Assembly (NCBI GenBank): GCA_965218425.1
Contig: OZ244621.1
Span: 1,632,001-1,696,000, forward strand
Source: an uncultured Candidatus Binatia bacterium
Lineage (GTDB): Bacteria > Desulfobacterota > Binatia > UBA9968 > CAXXLF01
Direction: 5' to 3'
DNA length: 64,000 nucleotides
Positions 21,316 through 31,862 of the stretch are shown in pieces. The stretch's first letter is position 1, and each line of letters opens with the position of its first letter. Below the pieces are notes generated by a model. It did no database searches. It had not been told where the DNA came from and saw only the letters and a list, made by a program, of their open reading frames with translations. The position numbers and the translations under genes are program-made.

Positions 21316-21463
21316 GCAATCATTTGCCGTCTAATCTATTGGCCAGAGCCTTATTTAGTGTTATTAAAATGAATTGGTTTCATCGAGATTTGTGTGCGGG
21401 ATTTAAATCATCCACAACGGATCGCTGGAGACGGACCGCCGGCATCCGAATTTCTCAAGCACC

Positions 21464-22075
21464 ATGGCCATAAGAATCAACCGCGTTTACACCCGTACGG
21501 GAGACAAAGGGGAAACTGGTTTAGTGGGTGGGAAGCGGGTCCCCAAGGACTCCCCAAGAATAGAAGCCTACGGGACCGTGGACGAACTCAATTCCATCGT
21601 CGGGTTGGCCAGGGTATTCAACGAGGAGAGAATTGAGGAAGGGGAAGCACATCGCTTTCTCGATCAAGTGCTACGCGATATCCAGGAAGAACTTTTCAAC
21701 CTCGGCAGCGAACTGGCGACTCCACCGGATTCCCGTCACAAGGGAACCACCTCCATAGACGAAGAACAGGTCAAGAAAATCGAAGGCATCATTGACGAGT
21801 GCCAGAAAACAATGGATCCCCTGAAATCCTTCATCCTTCCTGGTGGAGGTAGAATCGGAGGGTATCTCCATCAATGCAGAACGGTGTGCAGGAGAGCCGA
21901 GCGGGAGGTCCTTAGGCTATCCAAGATGGAGGAAACCAGTGAGTGGGGGATCAAATATATCAATCGATTGAGCGATCTCTTTTTCGTGCTCTCCCGTTGG
22001 GTCGGGAAACATCTGGGCGAACAGGAATATCTGTGGCAGAGAGGTCTAGTGGAAACATCTAGAGGGAAAAAATAG
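21464..22075 (+). CDS. pduO: PduO-type ATP:cob(I)alamin adenosyltransferase
   Basis: [36 protein letters not shown]. Confidence 0.9.
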   Translation: MAIRINRVYTRTGDKGETGLVGGKRVPKDSPRIEAYGTVDELNSIVGLARVFNEERIEEGEAHRFLDQVLRDIQEELFNLGSELATPPDSRHKGTTSIDEEQVKKIEGIIDECQKTMDPLKSFILPGGGRIGGYLHQCRTVCRRAEREVLRLSKMEETSEWGIKYINRLSDLFFVLSRWVGKHLGEQEYLWQRGLVETSRGKK

Positions 22076-22086
22076 CAAGGGGACCC

Positions 22087-22857
22087 ATGGAGATACTCAA
22101 AGGGAAAAAGGGAGCCATCTTTGGCGTTGCGAACGATAAGAGCATTGCATGGGGGATTGCCCACATGCTCCACCAAGAGGGGGCAGATCTGGCCTTCACC
22201 TACGCGGGTGAAATATTGGAAAAACGGGTGCGCCCCCTAGCTGAAAAAGTAGGTTCCAAAATAGTTCTCCCCTGTGACGTCACAAAAGACGAGGACATCG
22301 TCAAGGTGTTCCAGAACATCAGACGGGAATGGGGTGGGTTGGACTTCCTGGTCCATGCCATTGCGTATGCCAACAAAGACGATCTCGCCAATCCTTACAT
22401 CGAGACGAGCCGTGAAGGATTTCATCTGGCGCTGGATATTAGCAGCTATTCGCTGGTGGCCCTGGCACGTCACGCGGCTCAGCTCATGGAGGGTCGCCAG
22501 GGTGCAATCCTCACCATGACTTATATGGGATCGGAAAAGGTGATTCCCAACTACAACGTCATGGGCGTCGCCAAAGCCGCCCTGGAGGCCAGCGTAAAGT
22601 ATCTGGCCTACGACCTGGGACCTAGAGGGACAAGGATCAACGCCATCTCCGCCGGACCCATACGGACTCTTGCAGCATCAGGAATCAGCGGCTTCAAGGA
22701 GATGCTTCACTTTAGTAGTGAGCGCGCTCCTCTGAAGCGAAACATCGACCAGGACGAAGTGGGACGCACGGCTCTATATCTTCTGAGCGATATGGCAAGC
22801 GCGGTGACCGGAGAAATTCTCCACGTTGATGCCGGTTACAATATTATGGGGATGTGA
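22087..22857 (+). CDS. fabI: Enoyl-ACP reductase
   Basis: [36 protein letters not shown]. Confidence 0.95.
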   Translation: MEILKGKKGAIFGVANDKSIAWGIAHMLHQEGADLAFTYAGEILEKRVRPLAEKVGSKIVLPCDVTKDEDIVKVFQNIRREWGGLDFLVHAIAYANKDDLANPYIETSREGFHLALDISSYSLVALARHAAQLMEGRQGAILTMTYMGSEKVIPNYNVMGVAKAALEASVKYLAYDLGPRGTRINAISAGPIRTLAASGISGFKEMLHFSSERAPLKRNIDQDEVGRTALYLLSDMASAVTGEILHVDAGYNIMGM

Positions 22858-23007
22858 CCGGACAGGCGGGCCGCAATAAGTGTAAAGTGTTAAGAGGGGT
22901 AAAATAAATCAAAAACTCGCGGATGACTGACCTTAACACTGGAGACACAACGCTATTTAGCTGAAGGCCCACTGCTGAAAGCTGACAGCTAAAGAAAGGA
23001 TTTTCTT

Positions 23008-23448
23008 ATGGCGGTAAAACAGATAACCCCTCAGCAAGCCTATGATATGCTCACATCTGAAGACGGCTACATATATATCGACGTTCGAACAGAGCATGAA
23101 TTTTCTTCAGGTCATCCTGAGGGAGCAATTAATATTCCCATTGCCATTGCGGACCCGGCTCAGGGAATGGTGATCAACGGGGAATTTGTTCGGGTGGTTG
23201 AGGCCAATTTCGTCAAGGAAAAGAAAATCATCTTGGGATGTCAGGCAGGTCCACGTTCTAATCGAGCCGCTGAACTCCTGCAAGGGACCGGGTTTCAGGA
23301 GGTTTCCAGCGTTCGTGGAGGATTTGGCGGCATGCGTGACCCGTCCGGACAAGTCATCGCCCCAGGTTGGTCCAGTCTTGGCTTACCAGTCAGCCAGGAG
23401 AACGGCGATGGCGTGAGCTACGAATCCTTAGCCTCTAAGGCAAAGTGA
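23008..23448 (+). CDS. Rhodanese-like domain protein
   Basis: IDVRTEHEF..GHPEGAINIP; active-site CQAGPRS. Confidence 0.9.
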   Translation: MAVKQITPQQAYDMLTSEDGYIYIDVRTEHEFSSGHPEGAINIPIAIADPAQGMVINGEFVRVVEANFVKEKKIILGCQAGPRSNRAAELLQGTGFQEVSSVRGGFGGMRDPSGQVIAPGWSSLGLPVSQENGDGVSYESLASKAK

Positions 23449-23597
23449 CTGACAATCTTCACCCCGTACCATAAGAACCCGTCGCACCCGGGTGTGACCG
23501 CAAGTGTCATGAAACTACCCGAAGGGCGACGCCCTAAAGCCACAGACGCCAAACCATGGAACGGGGTTTACTTCGAACAAATTGAAAGCTTGCCAAG

Positions 23598-23876
23598 TTG
23601 AAGGTGGAGCAAAAAAGACAGGATTGTAACCGGGCCTTTCAGGACTCTGAGAAGGCTCAAGTGGCGGCCAACCGTGATCAAGCCATCGCCCTTTACCGAA
23701 AGGGGCTCAGTCTCTGTCCGGACGATGGTGTGGCCCGGTATAAGTTGAGAAAGATTTTCCTAACCGTTGGACAGCACGCGAAGGCAAAGCAGGAGTTCGA
23801 AGCAGCCCTGAGAATTAACCCCGACTTCGAATCCGCTGGACGCGAGTTGAAAGCCTTACAGGACGCCGATAAATAA
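23598..23876 (+). pseudogene. TPR-repeat fragment (probable 3' remnant)
   Basis: AIALYRKGLSLCPDD...AKQEFEAALRINPDF; weak TTG start. Confidence 0.5.
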
Positions 23877-23964
23877 AGAATTGTTTTATTCGTTGCTTAA
23901 CGCCTTGATTGTCACCCCGTTAACCTTCCAAGATAATATATTCACCCAACCGCGAGGGGGGGGG

Positions 23965-23993
23965 TTGACTCTACCCTCATTCCATCCTTTAAT
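23965..23993 (+). promoter_or_regulatory. Sigma70-like promoter (TTGACT-N17-TTTAAT) preceded by a G9 tract
   Basis: Consensus match upstream of tctC-like gene. Confidence 0.5.
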
Positions 23994-24022
23994 ATGTCCA
24001 CTTTATCTTGAGGGGGGAACCT

Positions 24023-25072
24023 ATGCACAGGAAAATCACTTATATAGTTGCACTAGTCATTGGGCTGGCGATTGTTGCTGGCGGCTCATCCAATGCTTCG
24101 GCTAATGACTTCTATAAGGGTAAGAACATCCGCTTCGTTGTCGGTTATGCACCCGGTGGCGGGTACGATACCTACACCCGGGCCGTGGTGCGCCATTTGG
24201 GCAAACATATCCCAGGAAATCCTACCCCTATCGTGCAGAATATGACCGGCGGCGGTAGCCTGATCGCTGCGAATTACGTTTACAGAAGGGCTAAACCGGA
24301 TGGGTTAACCGTGGGGATCTGGAATAGCGGAATCATTTTGCAGCAGGTGCTGGGCGAAAAAAAGGTTAAATTCGAAGCTAATAAGTTCGGCTGGGTTGGC
24401 GCCCCTGTTAAGGGATGGCCCACCTGCGCCATCATGGGCCATACCGGCCTAAAGACACTGAAGGAGGTCGTAAACTCCAACCAAAGAATTAAGGTGGGAG
24501 CTACGAGGGCGGGATCGACCACTGACGACCTGCCGAAGATCCTAAACAGAACTCTGGGAACGAAATTCGATGTGATCTCCGGCTACACAGGAACAGCCAC
24601 GATCCGCATCGCCATGCAGAAACAAGAAGTGGACGCCGCCTGCTGGGGATGGGAGTCAATGGGTATTACTGCCCGGGCTATGCTGGACGCAACAGGAGAC
24701 GGCAGATTGATCCCGTTTCTTATTCACGGGACGATTGATGACCCAGAGGTCAAGGATCTTCCCCGGATTCTCGATGCCATCAAGGGCGACAACAATCTCG
24801 CCACTTTCAGGGCGTGGGCGTCGACATACGATTTTCAGCGGCCGCTCTCACTGCCGCCCGGGACACCTAAAGACCGGCTAGCGATTTTACGGAAGGCCTA
24901 CAGGGCTACTATGCAAGATCCGGCATTCTTAGCCGATGCCGAGAAATCCAAGCTCATCCTCAGCTACGTGTCTGGGGAAGACATTGAGAAACACATTGCT
25001 ACTATCCTTGGAACTCCTGCGGCGGCGAAAGAGAGGCTCGGTTTCCTTGTGAGGAAGAAAAAGAAAAAATAG
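24023..25072 (+). CDS. tctC: Tripartite tricarboxylate transporter substrate-binding protein (Bug/TctC family)
   Basis: Signal peptide; VGYAPGGGYD, NMTGGGS, KPDGLT. Confidence 0.85.
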   Translation: MHRKITYIVALVIGLAIVAGGSSNASANDFYKGKNIRFVVGYAPGGGYDTYTRAVVRHLGKHIPGNPTPIVQNMTGGGSLIAANYVYRRAKPDGLTVGIWNSGIILQQVLGEKKVKFEANKFGWVGAPVKGWPTCAIMGHTGLKTLKEVVNSNQRIKVGATRAGSTTDDLPKILNRTLGTKFDVISGYTGTATIRIAMQKQEVDAACWGWESMGITARAMLDATGDGRLIPFLIHGTIDDPEVKDLPRILDAIKGDNNLATFRAWASTYDFQRPLSLPPGTPKDRLAILRKAYRATMQDPAFLADAEKSKLILSYVSGEDIEKHIATILGTPAAAKERLGFLVRKKKKK

Positions 25073-25089
25073 CAGTGTAGTCTCTTGCA

Positions 25090-27159
25090 GTGGATTATCT
25101 CACCGCGTTCTATACAGGCCTGACCAGCATCCTGCCGTTCTCGGCGGCGGGCACACATCCCTTCCTGATGATGCTGATCGGGATCGCCATTGGGTTCGTG
25201 GTGGGCATCCTGCCAGGGTTGGGTGGAGCCACTACCCTGGCCCTCATGCTTCCGTTCATCTACGGTATGGATCCCACGGCAGCCTTTGCTTTCCTGCTGG
25301 GCTCCAATGCTGTCACGGCCACCACGGGCGACATCACCTCAGTACTCTTCGGCGTGCCCGGCGAAGGGATTACGGCCGCAACCATTGTGGACGGGCATCC
25401 CATGGCCAAGAGAGGCGAAGCAGGGCGCGCCTTGGGAGCTGCCTTGATGAGCTCGCTGGTAGGCGCGATCTTCGGCGCCTTCGCCCTCGCATTGGCCATC
25501 CCTATTGTTCAGCCTCTAGTCCTGTCCATCGGCTCAGCAGAGTTTTTCATGCTTGCCATGCTGGGAATCACCTTTGTCGCTGCCCTAAGCGGGGACAACA
25601 TTTTCAAGGGTCTCACGGCTGGGGCCTTTGGCCTTGCCCTGGCAACTATTGGACTTGACCCTATAGATAGCGTGGCACGATTTACCCTTGATCCGATCAT
25701 CGGGGACGATGGTGCGCTTTTCTTGTGGGACGGCATGTCCCTTGTGGCGGTGACCGTGGGACTCTTTGCCATTCCAGAGATCGTTGAGTTGGCCGTTCAG
25801 GGCTCCAGCATCGCCAAAGAAGGAATGGGCAAACTGGGGGGGGTCATGGAGGGCGTCAAGGACACCTTTCGTCACTGGAAGCTAGTCCTTCGATGCAGTG
25901 GCATCGGCGCGTACATAGGTCTGCTCCCTGGGCTGGGGGGTGGCCCGGCCCAGTGGATGGCTTACGCCCATGCGGTGCAGAGCTCTCCCGATAAGGAGCG
26001 TTTTGGCAAAGGTGCCATCGAGGGGGTTCTCGGACCGGGGGCGGCCAACAACTCCAAAGAGGGAGGGGCCCTGGTTCCAACCATTGCCTTTGGAGTTCCC
26101 GGCAGTGTCTCAATGGCGATCCTGCTGGGAGCCTTCATCATTCAAGGCATCGTGCCGGGCCCGGATCTCTTGGACCCCGCCAAGCACCTTACCCTGACCT
26201 TCTCCTTTGTTTGGATCATTGTGGTCTCTAACATCATCACGGTTGCGGTTTGTCTTCTCTTTATCAACCAGATCGCAAAGATTACCTTCGTGAAAGGGAC
26301 CTATCTGATCCCGTTTCTCCTCCTCTTGATTTATCTGGGCGGCTTCGCGGTTAAAAACAGCTTTGGAGATATGGTGATGGTCCTCTTATTCGGGGCCCTG
26401 GGATGGCTAATGGTCCGCTATAACTGGCAGCGGCCGCCCTTGCTTATAGGGTTGGTTTTGGGAGGGATCGCAGAAAACAACCTTTTTATCGCCACAAAGA
26501 TCTACGGAGCTAGCTGGCTCCTTCGCCCCGGGGTTATTGTCATTATTCTGCTGATCGCCGGTGCCCTCCTTTGGCCCATGTTCCAGAAGTTTCGAGAGAG
26601 ACGCCGGAGGGGTGAAGCCGATCCTTCTACGGCAACTTCGAATCCGCTCCCAGAGGGTGAAGAGCACAAAAACACAGCAAGCCGCGTCCCCAATGTTATG
26701 TTTGCCCTCTTCTTTGTGCTCATTTTCGTCTACGTACTGAGAGAGGTATTCTTTGGTTTTGGCGCGGGAGAGGAACGGGCCGCCCTTTTCCCCATAATCA
26801 TCGGCATACCTGGTATGGGCCTGTCCCTTCTCGCCTTTGGTAAGGAGTTCTCATCTACCGGCCAGGTGGTGACCACCAGTGAAGAACCAACCAATGTAGC
26901 ACCTGATGTGGCTCGCCGTCGAATGATTTCGATTATCGGCTGGATCGTGGGTTTCTTTATCTCCATCTGGCTGCTGGGCTTCGTCATCAGCTCTGCCGTG
27001 GTCACCTTTCTTTACCTCAAGTTCGGCGCGGGAGAGAAGTGGCAAATAAGCATTATCTTAACTCTAGTCGCCTGGGGCTTCTTCTACGGCGTTTTCGACT
27101 ACGCCCTACACCTTCCCTTCCCCTCAGGTGAACTGCTAATCTGGCTTGGATTGGATTAG
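25090..27159 (+). CDS. tctA: TctA permease fused to a C-terminal TctB-like domain
   Basis: GILPGLG, DGHPMAKRGEAG, AANNSKEGG; extra 4-TM tail ending LHLPFPSG. Confidence 0.88.
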   Translation: MDYLTAFYTGLTSILPFSAAGTHPFLMMLIGIAIGFVVGILPGLGGATTLALMLPFIYGMDPTAAFAFLLGSNAVTATTGDITSVLFGVPGEGITAATIVDGHPMAKRGEAGRALGAALMSSLVGAIFGAFALALAIPIVQPLVLSIGSAEFFMLAMLGITFVAALSGDNIFKGLTAGAFGLALATIGLDPIDSVARFTLDPIIGDDGALFLWDGMSLVAVTVGLFAIPEIVELAVQGSSIAKEGMGKLGGVMEGVKDTFRHWKLVLRCSGIGAYIGLLPGLGGGPAQWMAYAHAVQSSPDKERFGKGAIEGVLGPGAANNSKEGGALVPTIAFGVPGSVSMAILLGAFIIQGIVPGPDLLDPAKHLTLTFSFVWIIVVSNIITVAVCLLFINQIAKITFVKGTYLIPFLLLLIYLGGFAVKNSFGDMVMVLLFGALGWLMVRYNWQRPPLLIGLVLGGIAENNLFIATKIYGASWLLRPGVIVIILLIAGALLWPMFQKFRERRRRGEADPSTATSNPLPEGEEHKNTASRVPNVMFALFFVLIFVYVLREVFFGFGAGEERAALFPIIIGIPGMGLSLLAFGKEFSSTGQVVTTSEEPTNVAPDVARRRMISIIGWIVGFFISIWLLGFVISSAVVTFLYLKFGAGEKWQISIILTLVAWGFFYGVFDYALHLPFPSGELLIWLGLD

Positions 27160-27276
27160 TGGTGAATCCCTCGTTCATGGCACCCCCTGTAGCCAGCTTT
27201 GATCGGGTGGGCATCAGTAACGATTTCCAGTGCCAATGAGTGTCGGATCGGGGCTAACGGCCCGATAAAGCCTCTA

Positions 27277-27305
27277 TTGCGCCATCCCAGGAGTCCATCT
27301 ATAAT
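27277..27305 (+). promoter_or_regulatory. Sigma70-like promoter (TTGCGC-N17-TATAAT), near-leaderless
   Basis: Perfect -10 ending 9 nt before ATG 27315; no RBS visible. Confidence 0.45.
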
Positions 27306-27314
27306 TTTGTCTCC

Positions 27315-28703
27315 ATGTTGCGAAGCGTTTTTTACCTCTTAATGTTCAGCACACTTCTGACCGGATGCGGAACTTCCATCCCCACGCCGTTGGGTGCGTT
27401 TAAACCCCTTACCGAAGAGGATGAGATCAAGATCACCCGGCAATTCCGTCGGGATGCCAGGAGAACGTTCAAGCTGGTGGACCAACCTGAAGTGCAGCAA
27501 TATATCGACCAGGTGGGCCGAAAGATTCTATCGGTCATGGGACCCCAGCCCTTTGAGTATAAATTCTACGTAGTGGAAAATCCCCAGTTAAACGCTTTTG
27601 CGGTGCCAGGCGGGTCCATCTACATTCACACAGGCATCATTGAGAACGCTAAGAGCACGGATGAAGTAGCCTCGGTTATTGGCCATGAAATCATCCACGT
27701 AAAGGGGCGCCATCTCGCGCGCATGTCAGGACTAGACATGGGCAGTTTAATTGGAATGGTGGGTACGCTCCTAGGTGCAGTGGGCGGCAAGGCCGGGGCC
27801 GCCGGAGTGATGGGGCAGGCCCTTGCAACACAGCGTCAGCTTGCATTTACCCGCATAGTTGAACAGGAAGCTGACACTCTTGGCGTCAAATATATGACCG
27901 AAGCTGGTTACGATCCGAGAGGGGCTCTGGGCTTTTTCCGAACCCTTTCCAGGAAAAGGGCATTGAACCCCGTCAATGTTCCTCCATATTTGCTGACCCA
28001 TCCCCTGACGGATGATCGTATAGCGTCCGTTAAAATCGTCCTTCGATCCTTGAATCTCAGGGACGTCGGTCCAACGGGTCCTGACCCGATAAAAAGGGTC
28101 CAGACCATACTGCGCCTGGAAAAACAAAGGGCCAATCCCGGGGATAATATCGTGCGCGATTTGTCTGTTCAGCATTTTCAGGAAAGAGGTGAAATCGCTC
28201 ATCTGCGAGGTTTAAAATATTTTTACCGAGGAGACTGGACCCGGGCTCTGGAGAGCTATGAACAGGCAAGGACCACGACCCCGAACAGTCCAGGACTCGA
28301 GCGAGATTTTGGCCGTCTGTATACGCAGATCGGACAGTACGAGCTGGCTCACCAGGCCTTCGAGCGGTCCTTGAGCCGGGAACCCAAGATGTCTGTCACT
28401 TACCTTTATCTTGCGGAGCTACTGGAACGGGAGTCCCAATACGGAGAGGCCGCGCTGGCTTATCGAAGGGCCCTTCAACTCTCACCCCTTTGGCCCGAAG
28501 CAGCACGCCGACTGGGTGAAGTCTACAGCAAAATGGATCGTTTAGGAGATGCCTATTACTATTTGGGACGTTCCCACCAGTTGGCCGACGAGGACGAGAA
28601 GGCCATTGCCGACCTGGAACGGGCAGTGAAAATTTTTGGCCTGCACTCGCCACGCGGGCAATTGATCTACGATGAGCTGCAAGCCATCAAAGCGAGGATC
28701 TAA
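27315..28703 (+). CDS. M48 metalloprotease lipoprotein with TPRs (BepA/YfgC-like)
   Basis: Lipobox LTGC, NAFAVPGG, HEIIH, EQEAD, LLTHP; C-terminal TPRs. Confidence 0.88.
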   Translation: MLRSVFYLLMFSTLLTGCGTSIPTPLGAFKPLTEEDEIKITRQFRRDARRTFKLVDQPEVQQYIDQVGRKILSVMGPQPFEYKFYVVENPQLNAFAVPGGSIYIHTGIIENAKSTDEVASVIGHEIIHVKGRHLARMSGLDMGSLIGMVGTLLGAVGGKAGAAGVMGQALATQRQLAFTRIVEQEADTLGVKYMTEAGYDPRGALGFFRTLSRKRALNPVNVPPYLLTHPLTDDRIASVKIVLRSLNLRDVGPTGPDPIKRVQTILRLEKQRANPGDNIVRDLSVQHFQERGEIAHLRGLKYFYRGDWTRALESYEQARTTTPNSPGLERDFGRLYTQIGQYELAHQAFERSLSREPKMSVTYLYLAELLERESQYGEAALAYRRALQLSPLWPEAARRLGEVYSKMDRLGDAYYYLGRSHQLADEDEKAIADLERAVKIFGLHSPRGQLIYDELQAIKARI

Positions 28704-28715
28704 CCTAACCCTTCG

Positions 28716-31118
28716 TCAGTGGTAGAGTTCCAGCAGCTCTACCATGCCCAGATTTCGCATCTGACTGAAAAAGTATCCTTTAATCTCACCCACGGTGTCC
28801 ATGTTCAAGGCAATCTGTACTGAGGTCTTTGCGGTTTGATAGCTCATGGAACGAATGACTTTTTTTATAACGGGGATGAACAGAGACTCCATGCTAAATT
28901 CCTCCAACCCCATGCCCACTAGAAGCAACGTAGCAATGGGATCGCCTGCCATCTCACCACACATGGCCACAGGCTTGCCTTCTTTTTTGGCGGCCTGGAT
29001 GATCTGCATGAGAGCTGAAAGAACGGCTGGATGCAGGGGTTCGTAAAGACCCGCCACCTTCCTATTCCCCCGATCCACCGCCAAGAGGTACTGGATAAGA
29101 TCGTTGGTTCCAATGCTGAGGAAATCCACTTCACGCAATAGCCGATCCACCATTTGAACAGCGGAGGGAACCTCGATCATAATGCCGAGTTCCATCTGAC
29201 GGTCGAAGTGAGCTCCCTCCTCTTCCAGCTCTTCCTTAACCTCTGCCAATATTTCTTTGATCCGTATTATTTCCTCCATCCTCGACACCATTGGAATAAG
29301 CAGTCGCACTTTACCCAAAGTGCCCACCTTCAAGATGGCTCGGAGTTGAGTCTTGAAAATATCTACCAATTCGAGGGAGACACGGATGGAACGCCACCCT
29401 AAAAACGGGTTATCTTCCGGGGTAGCCCTACGAGCGTAGGGCGGATACTTGTCTGCCCCGATGTCCAAAGTACGTATCGTTACGGGTCCTCCCTCCATCC
29501 CTTCCACTACCCGGCGGTAAAGAGCGTACTGCTGCTCTTCACTGGGGAAATCATGGTGCGCCAAAAAGGGAATCTCAGTTCGGTAAAGACCAATGCCCTG
29601 CGCACCGTGGTTATGAGCAAATGTAATGTCTGTTAGTAGACCGACGTTTGCGTAAAGGGATACGCGGTGGCCGTCTACGGTTTCCGCGGGTAGTTCCCGA
29701 ATTTCATCGAGTTGCCGATTGAAAGCGAGGTAATCTCCTTCTAGCCGGTCGTATTCCTGAAGGATCTCACGGCTCGGATTGATGTAAACCACTCCTGAAT
29801 TTCCATCCACGATGAGCGACTCCCCCTCGCGAACGTTTTCCAGTAGTCCGTTCACTCCCACCACGGTTGGAATCTCGAAAGACTTGGCCAAAAGCGAAGC
29901 ATGAGAGGTGACCCCGCCTGTGGACAGCACCACCCCCCGGAAACGATCTCCCTCGATGAGACTCACATCCGCAGGGGAAAGATCCTCCGCTACCAGAATT
30001 GCCTCTTTTGGCAGCTCTACTTTCCTTCCTACCCGACCGGAAATGTTTTCCAAAACTCTCTGGGCTGCGTCCCGGACATCCGCCCCCCGCTCTTTTAGGT
30101 AACTATCCCCAATTTGAGTAAAGGACTGCAGGTGCTCATGAAAAACGCTACTCACCGCGTATTCCGCGTCACAGCGATCGTAACGGATCTTAGACTCGAT
30201 CTGACCTCGTAGCGTCGGATCCAAAAGAATTAACCGGTGAACCTCGAAAATGGCCCCTGCGTCGTTTGAAATCAGCTCATTCATACGTTGCTTGAGCTCA
30301 TTGACCTGGCGGATGGACTTCTCCACCGCGGAGCGAAATTTTTCCAGCTCCTTTGCGGGATTTTTTGCTCGCCGCCTTCTCACGGAATTCAAATCGATCA
30401 TAGGTCGCATAATATAGGCCGTGCCGTGACCGAATCCCGGTGAGGCAGTGAGACCCGTCAACCGACCTCGCCATTTATGAGTCACCCCCCGACTAACCCG
30501 CCCTTTGCCCCTCCCTTCATAGGATTGCAGTCTCTTTAAAGCACCCATCAAGCGTTTGCGGTATTCCCTACCCTGTCGATCTCGAGTCTCCAGGGACTCC
30601 GCCATTCGAGCTTGGATAATGATGCTGGAAACTTGACTCGATATGGCGTTGAGTAGACGAATTTCATCAGGAGAAAACTCTCGCCTGCGCGAAGTCTGAA
30701 CCACAAGCACGCCAACGGGGGTTCTTTTCTCCGTCAAAGGAATTCCCAGGAAGGAGTGGAAACGTTCTTCCCCGGTCTCGGGAAAATATTTGTACCTGGG
30801 GTGTGTTTGTGCATCCACCACCGTCACCGGTTTCATCTTCTCTATGACCAGACCCGTCAGACCCTCATCAATGCCCATGGAGACTTTACCCACTGCATCT
30901 TCATCCAATCCCATGGTGGCGCATAGGGTCAATCTCGTGCTCTGGCGATCGAGGAGGTAGATAGAACACACCTCGCTCTCCATTCGCTGGACGATAATCG
31001 TTACAATGCTCCTAAAAGCCTCTTGAAGGTTCTCGGAGTGACTGATGAGTGTGCTGATATCTTCCAGGGTCTCCAGGTGGGGTACGACCTTGCCGCCGGT
31101 CTTATGAACTCGTGCCAT
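28716..31118 (-). CDS. ptsP: PTS enzyme I-Ntr (GAF domain + EI)
   Basis: N-terminal GAF; GGVTSHAS phospho-His, GIGLYRTE, SIGTNDL, MCGEMAGD. Confidence 0.93.
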   Translation of the reverse strand: MARVHKTGGKVVPHLETLEDISTLISHSENLQEAFRSIVTIIVQRMESEVCSIYLLDRQSTRLTLCATMGLDEDAVGKVSMGIDEGLTGLVIEKMKPVTVVDAQTHPRYKYFPETGEERFHSFLGIPLTEKRTPVGVLVVQTSRRREFSPDEIRLLNAISSQVSSIIIQARMAESLETRDRQGREYRKRLMGALKRLQSYEGRGKGRVSRGVTHKWRGRLTGLTASPGFGHGTAYIMRPMIDLNSVRRRRAKNPAKELEKFRSAVEKSIRQVNELKQRMNELISNDAGAIFEVHRLILLDPTLRGQIESKIRYDRCDAEYAVSSVFHEHLQSFTQIGDSYLKERGADVRDAAQRVLENISGRVGRKVELPKEAILVAEDLSPADVSLIEGDRFRGVVLSTGGVTSHASLLAKSFEIPTVVGVNGLLENVREGESLIVDGNSGVVYINPSREILQEYDRLEGDYLAFNRQLDEIRELPAETVDGHRVSLYANVGLLTDITFAHNHGAQGIGLYRTEIPFLAHHDFPSEEQQYALYRRVVEGMEGGPVTIRTLDIGADKYPPYARRATPEDNPFLGWRSIRVSLELVDIFKTQLRAILKVGTLGKVRLLIPMVSRMEEIIRIKEILAEVKEELEEEGAHFDRQMELGIMIEVPSAVQMVDRLLREVDFLSIGTNDLIQYLLAVDRGNRKVAGLYEPLHPAVLSALMQIIQAAKKEGKPVAMCGEMAGDPIATLLLVGMGLEEFSMESLFIPVIKKVIRSMSYQTAKTSVQIALNMDTVGEIKGYFFSQMRNLGMVELLELYH

Positions 31119-31292
31119 ATGCCTGATCTTATACTATGCGGACCTATATCGGAAATTCAAATGATACTCATTTATCCATCTCCTTAATTTTATCCTTCAA
31201 CGGAGGATCGTTCCCCACATTGAGGTGATCAATCGAGTTGAATTCGTCTGGGCTAGATGGTATTTTTTTGATTCTACTATTGAGCCTGCCAG

Positions 31293-31853
31293 ATGGAGAC
31301 GATGATGGAAGAACATGTGCGGGCCCTACTAAGGTCCGTGGGAGAAAACCCAGACCGGGAGGGGTTAAATAAAACACCGTCACGGGTGGTTGAGGTGCTC
31401 AAATACCTCACCCATGGATACGACCTTGACCCAGAAAAAGTACTTAACGGGGCGCTTTTCTCTGAAGACTACCAGGAGATGATCGTCCAAAAGGACGTCG
31501 ACTTCTTTTCCTTGTGTGAACACCACCTACTCCCCTTCTTTGGCAAGGCGCACGTGGCCTATATTCCCCAACACAAGATCGTTGGAGTTTCTAAGTTGGC
31601 CCGGCTGGTGGACGTCTATGCCCGTAGACTCCAGGTCCAGGAACGCCTAACGAACCAGATTGCCCAGACCATCATGGATACGATCAGGCCCCTCGGAGCC
31701 GGGGTGGTAGTGGAAGCTGAGCATCTATGCATGAGGATGCGGGGCGTGGAAAAGCAAAATTCACTCATTATTACGAGCACCCTTCTTGGCGTGTTTCGGA
31801 CTCGCCAGGAAACCCGTGCTGAATTCATGAACCTCATTCGCAAAGGGTCCTAG
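31293..31853 (+). CDS. folE: GTP cyclohydrolase I
   Basis: [33 protein letters not shown]. Confidence 0.96.
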   Translation: METMMEEHVRALLRSVGENPDREGLNKTPSRVVEVLKYLTHGYDLDPEKVLNGALFSEDYQEMIVQKDVDFFSLCEHHLLPFFGKAHVAYIPQHKIVGVSKLARLVDVYARRLQVQERLTNQIAQTIMDTIRPLGAGVVVEAEHLCMRMRGVEKQNSLIITSTLLGVFRTRQETRAEFMNLIRKGS

Positions 31854-31862
31854 ACCGTCTCC

